A stretch of 64,000 bases of DNA from an uncultured Selenomonadales bacterium (GCA_937877565.1 CALFJB010000056.1:11151-75150), one strand, 5' to 3'; positions 53,680-63,581 are shown, counted from the first letter of the stretch. Notes: generated by a model not told the origin, from the letters alone. Made by a program: numbers and translations.

Positions 53680-54813
53680 ATGTCTGAAATTAATCTTGAA
53701 GCGTTAATCGCCAAAAAATCCGCGTCGGCGTCTTCACCAGCCGCCGCCGCGCCTGCTCCTGCGGAGCAGTTGTCGGACGACTTTTCGCCTGACGACTTAG
53801 CTAAAATCGAACAAATTAAAAATTCTATCGATATTACCGATTCTAACGCCGCCTCCTCCTTCGCCAACTCCGCTCAGGCTGACATCGCTAACTTCTCTAA
53901 CTCCATCCTCTCTAACATCCGCAATAAAGACTCCGGCCACGTCGGACTTCTTCTCAATAACCTCATTAACCACGTTAATTCCTTCGACCCTAACCCCTCC
54001 TTCCTCGATAAAATCCCCTTCCTCAACTCCATCCGCTCCCATTCCTCCAGACTACTCAACTCCTTCCAAAAAATCTCCACTCAAATCGATAAAATCTCTT
54101 CCGCTCTCTCCAATTCTAAACTTAAACTCCTCGAGGACATCGCTACTCTCGATATCCTCTACCAAAAAAACCTCGACTACTTCCACCAACTCAAACTCTT
54201 CATTCACGCCGGCGACCTCAAACTCAAAGAACTTCGCGAGGTCTCTCTTCCTTCTCTCCAGGCTCAAGTCAATTCCTCCAACGACCCTCTCGCTCCTCAA
54301 ATCCTCGCCGACTTCTCTAACTCCTTAGACCGCTTCGATCGTAAACTCCACGACCTTAAACTCTCTCTTACTATCTCTATTCAAGCTGCTCCTCAAATTC
54401 GCCTCATCCAAAATAACGACCGCCTTCTCGTTGACAGGCTTGACGCCGCTTTACTCCACACTATCCCTCTCTGGAAAAATCAATTCATTATCGCTATCGG
54501 GCTTGCTAATCAGCAAAACGTCCTTAACCTTCACAACGCCGTCACGGATTCTACTAACTCTCTTCTTCAACAAAACGCCGCTCTTCTCAAACAAAATTCT
54601 ATCGACGCCGCTAAAGCTGCTAACCGCTCCATCGTTGACATCGATACCCTTAACAAGGTTAATCAAGACCTTATCGAAACTATTCAAGAAACCCTCAAAA
54701 TTAATCAAGACGCTCAAGCCGCTCGCCTTGACGCTGAAAATCAAATCGCCAATATTCAATCTAATATCAAAGCCGCTCTTCTTCAGGCTTCTAACCGCCA
54801 TGCAAAATCTTAA
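53680..54813 (+). CDS. telA: TelA/YaaN family toxic-anion-resistance protein
   Basis: ..AAPQIRLIQNNDRLL..IPLWKNQF..TNSLLQQNAALLK..IVDIDTL pattern. Start ATG 53680 follows AAAGGGG (the GTG 53641 in the track lies inside a TATAAT box). Confidence 0.8.
   Translation: MSEINLEALIAKKSASASSPAAAAPAPAEQLSDDFSPDDLAKIEQIKNSIDITDSNAASSFANSAQADIANFSNSILSNIRNKDSGHVGLLLNNLINHVNSFDPNPSFLDKIPFLNSIRSHSSRLLNSFQKISTQIDKISSALSNSKLKLLEDIATLDILYQKNLDYFHQLKLFIHAGDLKLKELREVSLPSLQAQVNSSNDPLAPQILADFSNSLDRFDRKLHDLKLSLTISIQAAPQIRLIQNNDRLLVDRLDAALLHTIPLWKNQFIIAIGLANQQNVLNLHNAVTDSTNSLLQQNAALLKQNSIDAAKAANRSIVDIDTLNKVNQDLIETIQETLKINQDAQAARLDAENQIANIQSNIKAALLQASNRHAKS
54342..54400 (+). repeat. right copy of the perfect 59-bp direct repeat, inside telA
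   Basis: Identical to 24616-24674; here it encodes KLHDLKLSLTISIQAAPQI within an intact telA frame. Confidence 0.95.
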
Positions 54814-56836
54814 ACTTAAACTCCGCGTTAATGTCATTCGCCTTGTCTCTATCTTCCTGCTTGCCATTTTTATCATCATTTGCCGATACGGTTACCTTCA
54901 ACTCGTTCAAGGTGCCGCTCTTGCTGAACGAATGCGTTTCCAAGTCGGGCTTGATTATCTCGTTCAATCTCCGCGCGGCTCCATTATCGATTGTTTCGGC
55001 AGGGAGCTTGCCGCCTCTACCATGACTAAATCCCTTTTCGTCGACCCTCTTCACGTCGGCGACCGTAAACTTAAAATCGCTCACGATATTGCCCCTGTTA
55101 TTCGCGTTTCCGAACAAGATATTATTGATGATATTGACGTTGGCGGCGGTTTCTCTTGGATTAAACGTCGCCTTGACCAATCCGAATATGAAGCCATTCG
55201 TAAAATCATTCGTGATAATAGCTACTCCGATTGTCTCGGTTTCCGCGATGAGGCTAAACGCTTTTACCCCAATGACTTCCTTGCCGCTAACGTCCTCGGC
55301 TTCGTCGGTACTGACGATAAAGGCTTAGACGGTATCGAACAGGCTTTTGACAAATATATTAAGGGCGAAGTCACAGAGTCTTTTCTTTACACTGACTCTA
55401 GACAACGCCCCATTCTCGATTCTATTTTTGATCGCCACGCTTATTCCGGCGACCGTTGCAAGTCTATTCAACTTACCATTGATTCTGCTATTCAATTCAT
55501 CGTTGAACAGGAGCTTGACCGCGCTATGGCTGAAAATAATCCCGTCGCCGTTACTTGCGTTGCGATGAATCCTAAAACCGGCGAAATTTTAGCTATGGCT
55601 AATCGCCCGTCTTACAATCCTAATCGTTTTTGGGATTATGATCCTGAAGTTTGGAAAAATCGCGCCGTTTCTTTCATTTATGAACCCGGTTCAACTTTCA
55701 AAACTGTTACTGCCGGTGCTGCGCTTCAGGAAGGTATTGTTTCTCCTAATGAAATTTTTGTTGATCCCGGCTATGTTATGGTTAGCGGGATGAGAATTCA
55801 AAATTGGAACGGCGCAAGTTTTGGTACTGTTACTTTTGCCGACGTTGTTAAACAATCTTTGAATACAGGTTTTGCACTCATTGGATTGGAACTTGGCGGC
55901 GATAAATTGGTTAAATACGCTCATCTTTTTGGGTTTGGCGATGTTACAGGTATTGAATTGCCCGGCGAAGAATACGGACTTTTATATACACCTGATGAAA
56001 TGGTTGATTCTGATATTGCCACTATGGCGATTGGGCAAAGTATTGCTGTTACGCCCATTCAACTTGTTACGGCTATGAGTGCCGTTGCCAATGACGGCGT
56101 TTTATTGAAGCCGCACATTGTAAAAAAAATAATAAATGCAAATGGCACGGTATACAGTGAAACGGCGGTTGAGCCTGTACGCAAAACTATAGATTCAGCG
56201 GTAGATAAAACATTAGTTGGATTATTGGAGCAGGTTGTAGCGACGGGCGGCGGGCAAAAAGCCAAAGTTAGAGGTTATCGTATTGCGGGTAAAACTGGTA
56301 CGGCTCAAAAAGTAAATGAAGGCGGCTTAGGCTATGGCGAAGGCAGATATATTGCGTCATTTTTAGGTTTTGGTCCCGTTGAAGACCCTCAAATAGCACT
56401 TTTGGTAATGATTGATGAACCTAGCGGCGTTTTTTATGGCGGACAAATTGCCGCGCCGGTTGCAGGTCGTATACTTTCTCAAGTTTTCCGTTATCTGAAA
56501 ATTGAACCAAGTGAAACGCCCAACGATAATGAAGGCGAAATTCCGGAAAATGTTGGAGAAGGCGATAGTTCCGGCGCAGGCGTTCATACTTACACGCCGC
56601 AAAATATTGATACTCCCGCTGATGATAACATTTCTGATTCTGCTCAAGAAATTAGTACAACGGTTACTGTCCCTGACTTTTACGGCAAAAGTATTCGAGA
56701 GGCGGCGCGGCTTGCCAATAACAGCGGCTTAAAATTAGAATCTTCCGGCAGTGGCTTTGCCGTCGAACAAAATATTTTGCCCGGCGAAGTCGTTGACCGT
56801 GATACTACCATTAAAATTACTTTCAGTCCTCACTAA
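54800..56836 (+). CDS. class B penicillin-binding protein (FtsI/SpoVD-like) with C-terminal PASTA domain
   Basis: TM anchor, SxxK GSTFKTV, SxN KQSLNTG, KTG AGKTGTA, PASTA VTVPDFYGKSIREAARLANNSGLKL. Start ATG 54800; the 54431 start in the track is a stop-free alternative frame of telA. Confidence 0.9.
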   Translation: MQNLKLKLRVNVIRLVSIFLLAIFIIICRYGYLQLVQGAALAERMRFQVGLDYLVQSPRGSIIDCFGRELAASTMTKSLFVDPLHVGDRKLKIAHDIAPVIRVSEQDIIDDIDVGGGFSWIKRRLDQSEYEAIRKIIRDNSYSDCLGFRDEAKRFYPNDFLAANVLGFVGTDDKGLDGIEQAFDKYIKGEVTESFLYTDSRQRPILDSIFDRHAYSGDRCKSIQLTIDSAIQFIVEQELDRAMAENNPVAVTCVAMNPKTGEILAMANRPSYNPNRFWDYDPEVWKNRAVSFIYEPGSTFKTVTAGAALQEGIVSPNEIFVDPGYVMVSGMRIQNWNGASFGTVTFADVVKQSLNTGFALIGLELGGDKLVKYAHLFGFGDVTGIELPGEEYGLLYTPDEMVDSDIATMAIGQSIAVTPIQLVTAMSAVANDGVLLKPHIVKKIINANGTVYSETAVEPVRKTIDSAVDKTLVGLLEQVVATGGGQKAKVRGYRIAGKTGTAQKVNEGGLGYGEGRYIASFLGFGPVEDPQIALLVMIDEPSGVFYGGQIAAPVAGRILSQVFRYLKIEPSETPNDNEGEIPENVGEGDSSGAGVHTYTPQNIDTPADDNISDSAQEISTTVTVPDFYGKSIREAARLANNSGLKLESSGSGFAVEQNILPGEVVDRDTTIKITFSPH

Positions 56837-56854
56837 AGGAAAGGAGCACTCACT

Positions 56855-57178
56855 ATGACAATTACAAAGACCCTTGACGGCGAAAAATTGACTGTCGCAC
56901 TTGTCGGCAGACTTGATGCCGTTACCGCTATTCAGTTTGACAAAGACATTTCAAAATCTTTGGACGGCGTCAACAATTTAATTATCGACTTGGCGAATTT
57001 GGAATATATCGCCTCCGCCGGTTTACGTATCCTCTTAAAACTTCAAAAAAATTTTATGGGCGATATGAAAATTAAAAATGTTCGCTCCGAAGTCCGCGAT
57101 GTTCTGGATATGACCGGCTTTTCTCGCCTTTTGACTATCGAAGACGCCGCGTCTAAAAAACTTTCTTTCAATTTTTGA
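56855..57178 (+). CDS. STAS-domain anti-sigma-factor antagonist-like protein
   Basis: SpoIIAA-like pattern ..LTVALVGRLDA......F......L......LIIDLANLEYIASAGLRILL. Confidence 0.75.
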   Translation: MTITKTLDGEKLTVALVGRLDAVTAIQFDKDISKSLDGVNNLIIDLANLEYIASAGLRILLKLQKNFMGDMKIKNVRSEVRDVLDMTGFSRLLTIEDAASKKLSFNF

Positions 57179-57187
57179 GGTGGTACT

Positions 57188-57535
57188 ATGATTAAATCTT
57201 TAGACTTTGAAAATTTGTATTTCCGCGCCAAAGTTCCTATTCCATTTGTTGAAGACAATTTCTACCTTCCTGCCAAAGTTTTCATTGAAGGTTATTTCCC
57301 CGTCGGTACTGTTTTCAAATTTCAAGAAGCCATTTGCAGTAAAAAAATTGACGTTTACAACGACCAAGTTAATGACTACTGCCACGCCGTTTCACTTTTG
57401 TACAGCAACAAGTTTAAAGGCAATGAAGTTCCGGACGAAGATGAAGAATATAAAGTTATCTTTCACGTTGACTTGAGTGCATTATTTTTACTTGTTGAGC
57501 CAATAGATGAAAAAGGCGTTCAAATTGAACTTTAA
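57188..57535 (+). CDS. hypothetical protein (115 aa)
   Basis: ORF with GAGGTGG upstream; no family recognised. Confidence 0.5.
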   Translation: MIKSLDFENLYFRAKVPIPFVEDNFYLPAKVFIEGYFPVGTVFKFQEAICSKKIDVYNDQVNDYCHAVSLLYSNKFKGNEVPDEDEEYKVIFHVDLSALFLLVEPIDEKGVQIEL

Positions 57536-57565
57536 ATTTTTTGCAATAAAAAACCCCCTTCAAAG

Positions 57566-57594
57566 TTGACAGTCAACTTTATACGGAGTATAAT
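57566..57594 (+). promoter_or_regulatory. consensus sigma-70 promoter with no downstream ORF
   Basis: TTGACA (57566-71), exactly 17 nt, TATAAT (57589-94). Confidence 0.75.
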
Positions 57595-57600
57595 ACAATC

Positions 57601-57813
57601 ATTAAAACGAATTATACTCTATATGAAATTTATGTTTAGAATTTAGTTTAGTTAAGTTTCATTCGGTGATAGGGCATAACCTCTTGAAACTTAATCTTAA
57701 GATTTTTGTAAAACATTCAGGTTTTATAAAAACGTTAAACGTTTTACAGTGACAATCATACTTTTAGAAATAAGTTTTGTCAATAAAAAAATCGCCGGTG
57801 TGGCGGTTTTTTT
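57601..57813 (+). ncRNA. candidate ~210-nt small RNA of unknown class
   Basis: Bounded by the consensus promoter and a terminator-like hairpin with T-run (57785-57813). The only ORF is a 7-codon one. Internal 9-bp stem TTAAGTTTC/GAAACTTAA, and the ends can pair. Confidence 0.5.
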
Positions 57814-57821
57814 ATTTTATA

Positions 57822-57873
57822 AATAACGACGTGAACACTCGCGACTTTAGTCGTGAGATGAAACGTCGTTATT
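57822..57873 (+). repeat. twin-hairpin element, copy 1
   Basis: 11-bp stem AATAACGACGT/ACGTCGTTATT encloses the 16-nt hairpin CGCGACTTTAGTCGTG (57840-57855). Confidence 0.7.
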
Positions 57874-58023
57874 GACTGTATTTTAAAAATAGACTAAAAT
57901 ATTTTTAGCGGTTAGACTTCCGCTTTAACAAAAATGTTTTAAGTAAGCTGAAGCCTTCGGGCGACAGTGTAGAGGCGACGTGGACACGCCTGTAAGAATA
58001 AGGGCTTTGCCAAACTTCTTAAC

Positions 58024-58053
58024 GAAGCCCGCGACTTTAGTCGTGGGTGGTTC
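58024..58053 (+). repeat. twin-hairpin element, copy 2
   Basis: The same 16-nt hairpin CGCGACTTTAGTCGTG at 58030-58045, in direct orientation 190 nt from copy 1, in a different outer stem (GAAGCCC../..GGGTGGTTC). Confidence 0.7.
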
Positions 58054-58086
58054 ACAATATAAGTCCGCCGTTCATAAGTGTGCAAC

Positions 58087-58124
58087 AAAAAAGCCCGCCG
58101 ATTTTTCCGACGGGCTTAAATTTT
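58087..58124. terminator. bidirectional intrinsic terminator (ends the atp operon on the minus strand)
   Basis: Hairpin AAGCCCGCCGA / TCCGACGGGCTT flanked by an A-run and a T-run. Confidence 0.75.
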
Positions 58125-58550
58125 TTAATTGAAAGGTACGTTTTTAACAAGAAGTCTAGCCTTAGCGCGGGCAAGTGCCTTATTTGCGCGGGCAATATCA
58201 ATCAATGAATCTTTGGTTGCGCGTTTGTATTCTGCAATTCTTTCTTCGGCGCGTTGCATTGCTCTTTTAGCTCTGTCAACGTCGATATTTTCGGGAAGTT
58301 CAGCAGAATCTGCCAAAATTGTAATTTGCTCCGGCGTAACTTCCATAAAGCCGCCGCCTATCGCTACCAAAGTTTCGCCGCCGTCCATTTTAACTTTCAT
58401 TGCGTGCGGTAAAAGTTCAGTTAATAAATTGGCGTGGCGCGGCAAAATTCCCAATTCACCGGCAGTTGAACGTACAATCAGCATATTTATATCTTTTGAT
58501 AAAACGTCGCCTTTGTCAGGTGTAACCAACTCAAGTCGAATAGTCGCCAT
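58125..58550 (-). CDS. atpC: F1 ATP synthase epsilon subunit
   Basis: 141 aa, LELVTPDK..ML.V.STAGELGILP.H..L pattern, directly downstream of atpD. Confidence 0.9.
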   Translation of the reverse strand: MATIRLELVTPDKGDVLSKDINMLIVRSTAGELGILPRHANLLTELLPHAMKVKMDGGETLVAIGGGFMEVTPEQITILADSAELPENIDVDRAKRAMQRAEERIAEYKRATKDSLIDIARANKALARAKARLLVKNVPFN

Positions 58551-58553
58551 TGC

Positions 58554-59963
<1,410 letters not shown>

Positions 59964-59996
59964 TTAAATTCCTCCTTATTAGGAATTTTAGGGATA

Positions 59997-60434
59997 TTAG
60001 ATACTGTTTTCAATTTTCTCAACGATTAAATTTTGTAACCACTTTGGCGGCTTTGTTTTGCCTTTATCATAATTTTTTATTGTACGATAAGGCGCACGCA
60101 TTAACCTTGCCAGTCGATTTACAGGTATTCCGGCATTTTGACGCGCATGACGAATTGGATTGTCCAGCGAACTTTTCCACTCATCAAAATCAAATTCAAT
60201 AACATTAACTATAGGATTTGGATATTCTGAAGTGTCAATATCTTCAATTTTTGAAGGCGGCGGAAAATCTTTTTTGTCAACATCAAATAAATACGTTCCC
60301 ATAGCGTCTTTAATCCAGTACATTGCCGCCGTTAAATCGTCGCCTTGAGTAAGACAGCCTTGCAAATCAGGTACTATACCAATAAATTTGCCGCTTTCTC
60401 CCTGAAAAAAAATTACCGGATAATAAATTTTCAT
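59997..60434 (-). CDS. hicB: HicB family antitoxin with C-terminal HTH
   Basis: N-terminus MKIYYPVIFFQGESGKFIGIVPDLQGCLTQGDDL.AAM is typical of HicB; it lies downstream of hicA. Confidence 0.8.
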   Translation of the reverse strand: MKIYYPVIFFQGESGKFIGIVPDLQGCLTQGDDLTAAMYWIKDAMGTYLFDVDKKDFPPPSKIEDIDTSEYPNPIVNVIEFDFDEWKSSLDNPIRHARQNAGIPVNRLARLMRAPYRTIKNYDKGKTKPPKWLQNLIVEKIENSI

Positions 60435-60439
60435 AGCGT

Positions 60440-60637
60440 TTACCTTCTTTTTAATCCTGCCTGTTTAAGTATTGTTTGCTCCGTGCCTTTATCAAGATCG
60501 CCGTTGTGCATTGGCACTGTTGTTTTACGATTCGTTATCGGATTATAAAAATGTTGGTGTGAGCCGTCAGGACTTTTGACTTTGATAAAGCCGTTTTTTT
60601 CCAATAGTCGTACCATTTGTTTTGCAGTTAATGGCAT
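60440..60637 (-). CDS. hicA: HicA family mRNA interferase toxin
   Basis: 65 aa; AKQMVRLLEKNGF..V...GSH..F...........VP.H.GDL..GT...ILKQAGL. Confidence 0.8.
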   Translation of the reverse strand: MPLTAKQMVRLLEKNGFIKVKSPDGSHQHFYNPITNRKTTVPMHNGDLDKGTEQTILKQAGLKRR

Positions 60638-60647
60638 TTAAATCTCA

Positions 60648-61733
60648 TCACTCCAAAGCATTAGCACCGCCAACAATTTCGTTAATTTCGTTAGTGATAC
60701 CGGCTTGACGTACTTTGTTATAGTACAGATTGAGTTTGCCAACTAATTCTTGAGCGTTATCAGTTGCGTTACTCATTGCGTTCATACGTGAAGAAAGTTC
60801 AGACGCCGCACTGTGCAACATTGCGCCATAAATTCTTGTAGCAATTCGGCGCGGCAGAAAATCATTTAAAACCGTCACAACGTCCGGCTCGTAAATGTAT
60901 TCTTCCTTTGAATTGGTAGTGCGCTTGTAGTCATCAGTTACCAACGGCAAAAGTGTAACATCTTCCGGCGTACAACTAATCGCAGAATTAAAACGCGTGT
61001 AAACCATTGTAACGTCAATAATTTCGCCGCTCAAAAATCTTTCCATAATTAAATCAGCAATTTCTTTGGCGTGATGATAACTTGGGCGTTCGCTGATACC
61101 GTGATAACTTTTAATAATTTTGTAGCCGCGTTGTTTGAAATGTGAAGTTGCCTTGCGTCCAACCGTTATAATTTCAATGTCATCAACATAATCTGCGTCG
61201 TGAGTGTCCTGCGCGACACTGATATTTTGAGTATTGTTTGCGTGACGATGTGCGCCCGCTCTAGTCAAACTTTTTTGCGCTTTAAGTTGATCGCCGTCAA
61301 TACCTTTTGCCATTTTTACCGCGTCAAAATTTTTTTTATGGAAACTTTCTTCTTTGTCTGCATCAGATTCTTCAGGGGACGTGCCGTCATATTCGATTGT
61401 TGCATGAGCCTCTTTGAAAATATTGCTGGAATACGCGCCCGCCAATCCTTTATCTGCCGCAATTACCAAAAATAAAAATTTGCCGTCAGTTCTAGTTTGC
61501 GCGTCAATCAGTGCTTGCCGTGACATTACAAAAGGACTTTCTTCATCAGTTGACATTTGCGACATAATTCTTTTGATAATATCACGAGTTTTTTCAACGT
61601 ACGGAATATTTGAAAGTAACGTATCTTTAGCGGCGTTGAAACGTGAACGCGCTATCATATCCATTGCGTTGGTAATTTTTTGGATACTTTTAACCGAGCG
61701 AATACGGCGGCGAATATTTTGTAAATTTGCCAA
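60648..61733 (-). CDS. atpG: F1 ATP synthase gamma subunit with an internal ~65-aa insertion
   Basis: (M)ANLQNIRRRIRSVKSIQKITNAMDMIA N-terminus and QAGITNEINEIVGGA C-terminus. Start set to TTG 61733, 9 nt after GGAGG. Confidence 0.9.
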   Translation of the reverse strand: MANLQNIRRRIRSVKSIQKITNAMDMIARSRFNAAKDTLLSNIPYVEKTRDIIKRIMSQMSTDEESPFVMSRQALIDAQTRTDGKFLFLVIAADKGLAGAYSSNIFKEAHATIEYDGTSPEESDADKEESFHKKNFDAVKMAKGIDGDQLKAQKSLTRAGAHRHANNTQNISVAQDTHDADYVDDIEIITVGRKATSHFKQRGYKIIKSYHGISERPSYHHAKEIADLIMERFLSGEIIDVTMVYTRFNSAISCTPEDVTLLPLVTDDYKRTTNSKEEYIYEPDVVTVLNDFLPRRIATRIYGAMLHSAASELSSRMNAMSNATDNAQELVGKLNLYYNKVRQAGITNEINEIVGGANALE

Positions 61734-61757
61734 ATACAAAAACCTCCTTTCTTTTTC

Positions 61758-61823
61758 AGGGATTAGGTGTTAGGTGTTAGGTTTTACACTTTCCTAATAC
61801 CTAACCGCTAAAACCTAAAACCT
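61758..61823. repeat. heptamer hairpin array between atpA and atpG
   Basis: AGGGATTAGGTGTTAGGTGTTAGGTTTT arm, loop, then CTAATACCTAACCGCTAAAACCTAAAACCT arm. Confidence 0.9.
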
Positions 61824-63345
61824 ATTCAGCAGTTTTGTAGTTGATAGTTTCTTTAAATTCTTTAATCGCCGCGCTAATTTCCGCCTCAAGTGCATCATCA
61901 AGTTTCTTTTTCTCAACAATTTTCTTGCCAATTTCGGCGTGGCGGCTGTGCATAAATTTCAAAAAATCTGCGTGGAATTGAACAACTTTATCAACGGGAA
62001 TATCAGTTAAAAATCCTCTAACTGCAGTAAAAATCGTTAAAATCTGATCTTCAACCTGCAACGGCGAATATTGCGCCTGTTTCAAAGTTTCAACCATACG
62101 TGCGCCTCTGTCAAGTTGCGCCTTTGTAGCTTTATCCAAGTCAGAGCCGAATTGTGCGAACGCCGCCAACTCACGGTACTGCGCCAAATCCAAACGCATT
62201 GTACCGGCAACTTGTTTCATAGCTTTAATTTGCGCCGAGCCGCCAACACGTGAAACTGATAAACCGACTGAAATTGCGGGGCGAATACCTGAATAGAATG
62301 AATCTGTTTCAAGCATAATTTGTCCGTCTGTGATTGAAATAACGTTTGTAGGAATGTAAGCTGAAACGTCGCCCGCTTGAGTTTCGATAATTGGCAGGGC
62401 AGTAATTGAACCTGCGCCGAGTCTGTCAGAAAGTTTGGCGGCGCGTTCCAAAAGTCTTGAATGTAAATAGAAAACGTCGCCGGGATATGCTTCACGTCCG
62501 GGCGGGCGTCTCAAAAGTAATGACATTGCACGATAAGCCGCCGCGTGTTTCGTTAAATCGTCGTAAACGCAAAGGCAATGTCCGTGTTTTTCGTACATAA
62601 AATATTCAGCCATTGCAACGCCCGCGTAAGGTGCAAGATACTGCAAAGGCGCAGAATCCGCCGCAGTTGCCGCAACAACTATTGAATATTCCATTGCGCC
62701 ATGATCTTCCAAAGTTTTAACGACACGTGCAACAGTCGAGGCTTTTTGTCCAATAGCCACGTAAACGCAAATACAATTTTGCCCCTTTTGGTTAATAATC
62801 GTGTCAATCGCAATAGCTGATTTACCAATACCTCTATCGCCGATAATCAATTCACGTTGTCCGCGTCCAATAGGTACAAGCGCGTCAATCGCTTTTAAAC
62901 CTGTCTGCAACGGCTCATGAACTGATTTTCTGTCAGCAATACCGGGAGCTTTAAATTCGACAGGGCGGCTTTGAGTTGTTTCAATAGGTCCTTTGCCGTC
63001 GATAGGGCGTCCGAGTGCATCAACTACGCGCCCAATCATATTATCGCCAACCGGAACCTGCATAATTCGCGCAGTGCGTTTTACCGTTGCGCCTTCTTTA
63101 ATTTCGTTGTCGCGTCCGAGTATAACCGCACCAACGTTATCCTGCTCAAGGTTAAGAACCAGCCCAAAAATATCATTGCCGAAATCTAACAATTCGCCGG
63201 ACATTGCTTTATCTAAGCCGTGAATGTGTGCAATACCATCGCCGACCTCTATAACCGTGCCGACTTCATCAACATTTAAATCGACGTTGTAATTTTTTAT
63301 CTGATCCTTAATTATAGCAGTAATTTCATCTGGATTTATTTTCAT
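61822..63345 (-). CDS. atpA: F1 ATP synthase alpha subunit
   Basis: Walker [16 protein letters not shown], 507 aa, conserved throughout. Confidence 0.98.
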   Translation of the reverse strand: MKINPDEITAIIKDQIKNYNVDLNVDEVGTVIEVGDGIAHIHGLDKAMSGELLDFGNDIFGLVLNLEQDNVGAVILGRDNEIKEGATVKRTARIMQVPVGDNMIGRVVDALGRPIDGKGPIETTQSRPVEFKAPGIADRKSVHEPLQTGLKAIDALVPIGRGQRELIIGDRGIGKSAIAIDTIINQKGQNCICVYVAIGQKASTVARVVKTLEDHGAMEYSIVVAATAADSAPLQYLAPYAGVAMAEYFMYEKHGHCLCVYDDLTKHAAAYRAMSLLLRRPPGREAYPGDVFYLHSRLLERAAKLSDRLGAGSITALPIIETQAGDVSAYIPTNVISITDGQIMLETDSFYSGIRPAISVGLSVSRVGGSAQIKAMKQVAGTMRLDLAQYRELAAFAQFGSDLDKATKAQLDRGARMVETLKQAQYSPLQVEDQILTIFTAVRGFLTDIPVDKVVQFHADFLKFMHSRHAEIGKKIVEKKKLDDALEAEISAAIKEFKETINYKTAE

Positions 63346-63394
63346 ATTTTTTGAGTCACCTTCTTTTGGGATTAAGGCTAATTTTTTTTATTTT

Positions 63395-63571
63395 TTGTAT
63401 GTACTTTCTTTGTGTGCGTCAAAGAAAGTACCAAAGAAAGACGCTTTATCGCGCGTCCGCCGCTTGGGTTTACGCACGCTCCAACCGTGTGAGCCGCCAG
63501 AGGCGGCGCGTAGTTTTTCGCACGCTCCAACTTTAACTTTTTACGGCGGCACAGGACGCGCTTTTTTTTTC
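63395..63571 (+). repeat. structured intergenic repeat, copy B: HP1 (63401-63432) and Rep-X (63451-63562) plus T9
   Basis: Same orientation as copy A but antisense to the atp operon. Closing stem GCGCGTCC/GGACGCGC carries a compensatory change relative to copy A. ORF 63395..63757 is an artefact of this repeat. Confidence 0.75.
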
Positions 63572-63581
63572 CATTATTTAA

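Noticed and set aside
53797-55180. Cluster of overlapping ORFs on both strands (53797..54042, 53874..54080, 54052..54300, 54451..54879, 54791..55180, and the 54431 start of the 801-aa ORF)
   Set aside because: They lie inside telA and the PBP 5' end. They are low-complexity (Gly/Glu/Val-rich or Leu/Ser/Thr-rich) and are explained by the G-poor composition that eliminates stop codons. The telA and PBP frames carry the recognisable motifs.
58024-58053. Group II intron domain V (GAAGCCCGCGAC-TTTA-GTCGTGGGTGGTTC has an AGC triad, a 2-nt bulge and a GGTTC end)
   Set aside because: It is 30 rather than 34 nt, has a TTTA loop instead of GNRA, and has no RT ORF or recognisable domains I-IV or VI nearby. 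It is kept only as a weak alternative in the twin-hairpin finding.
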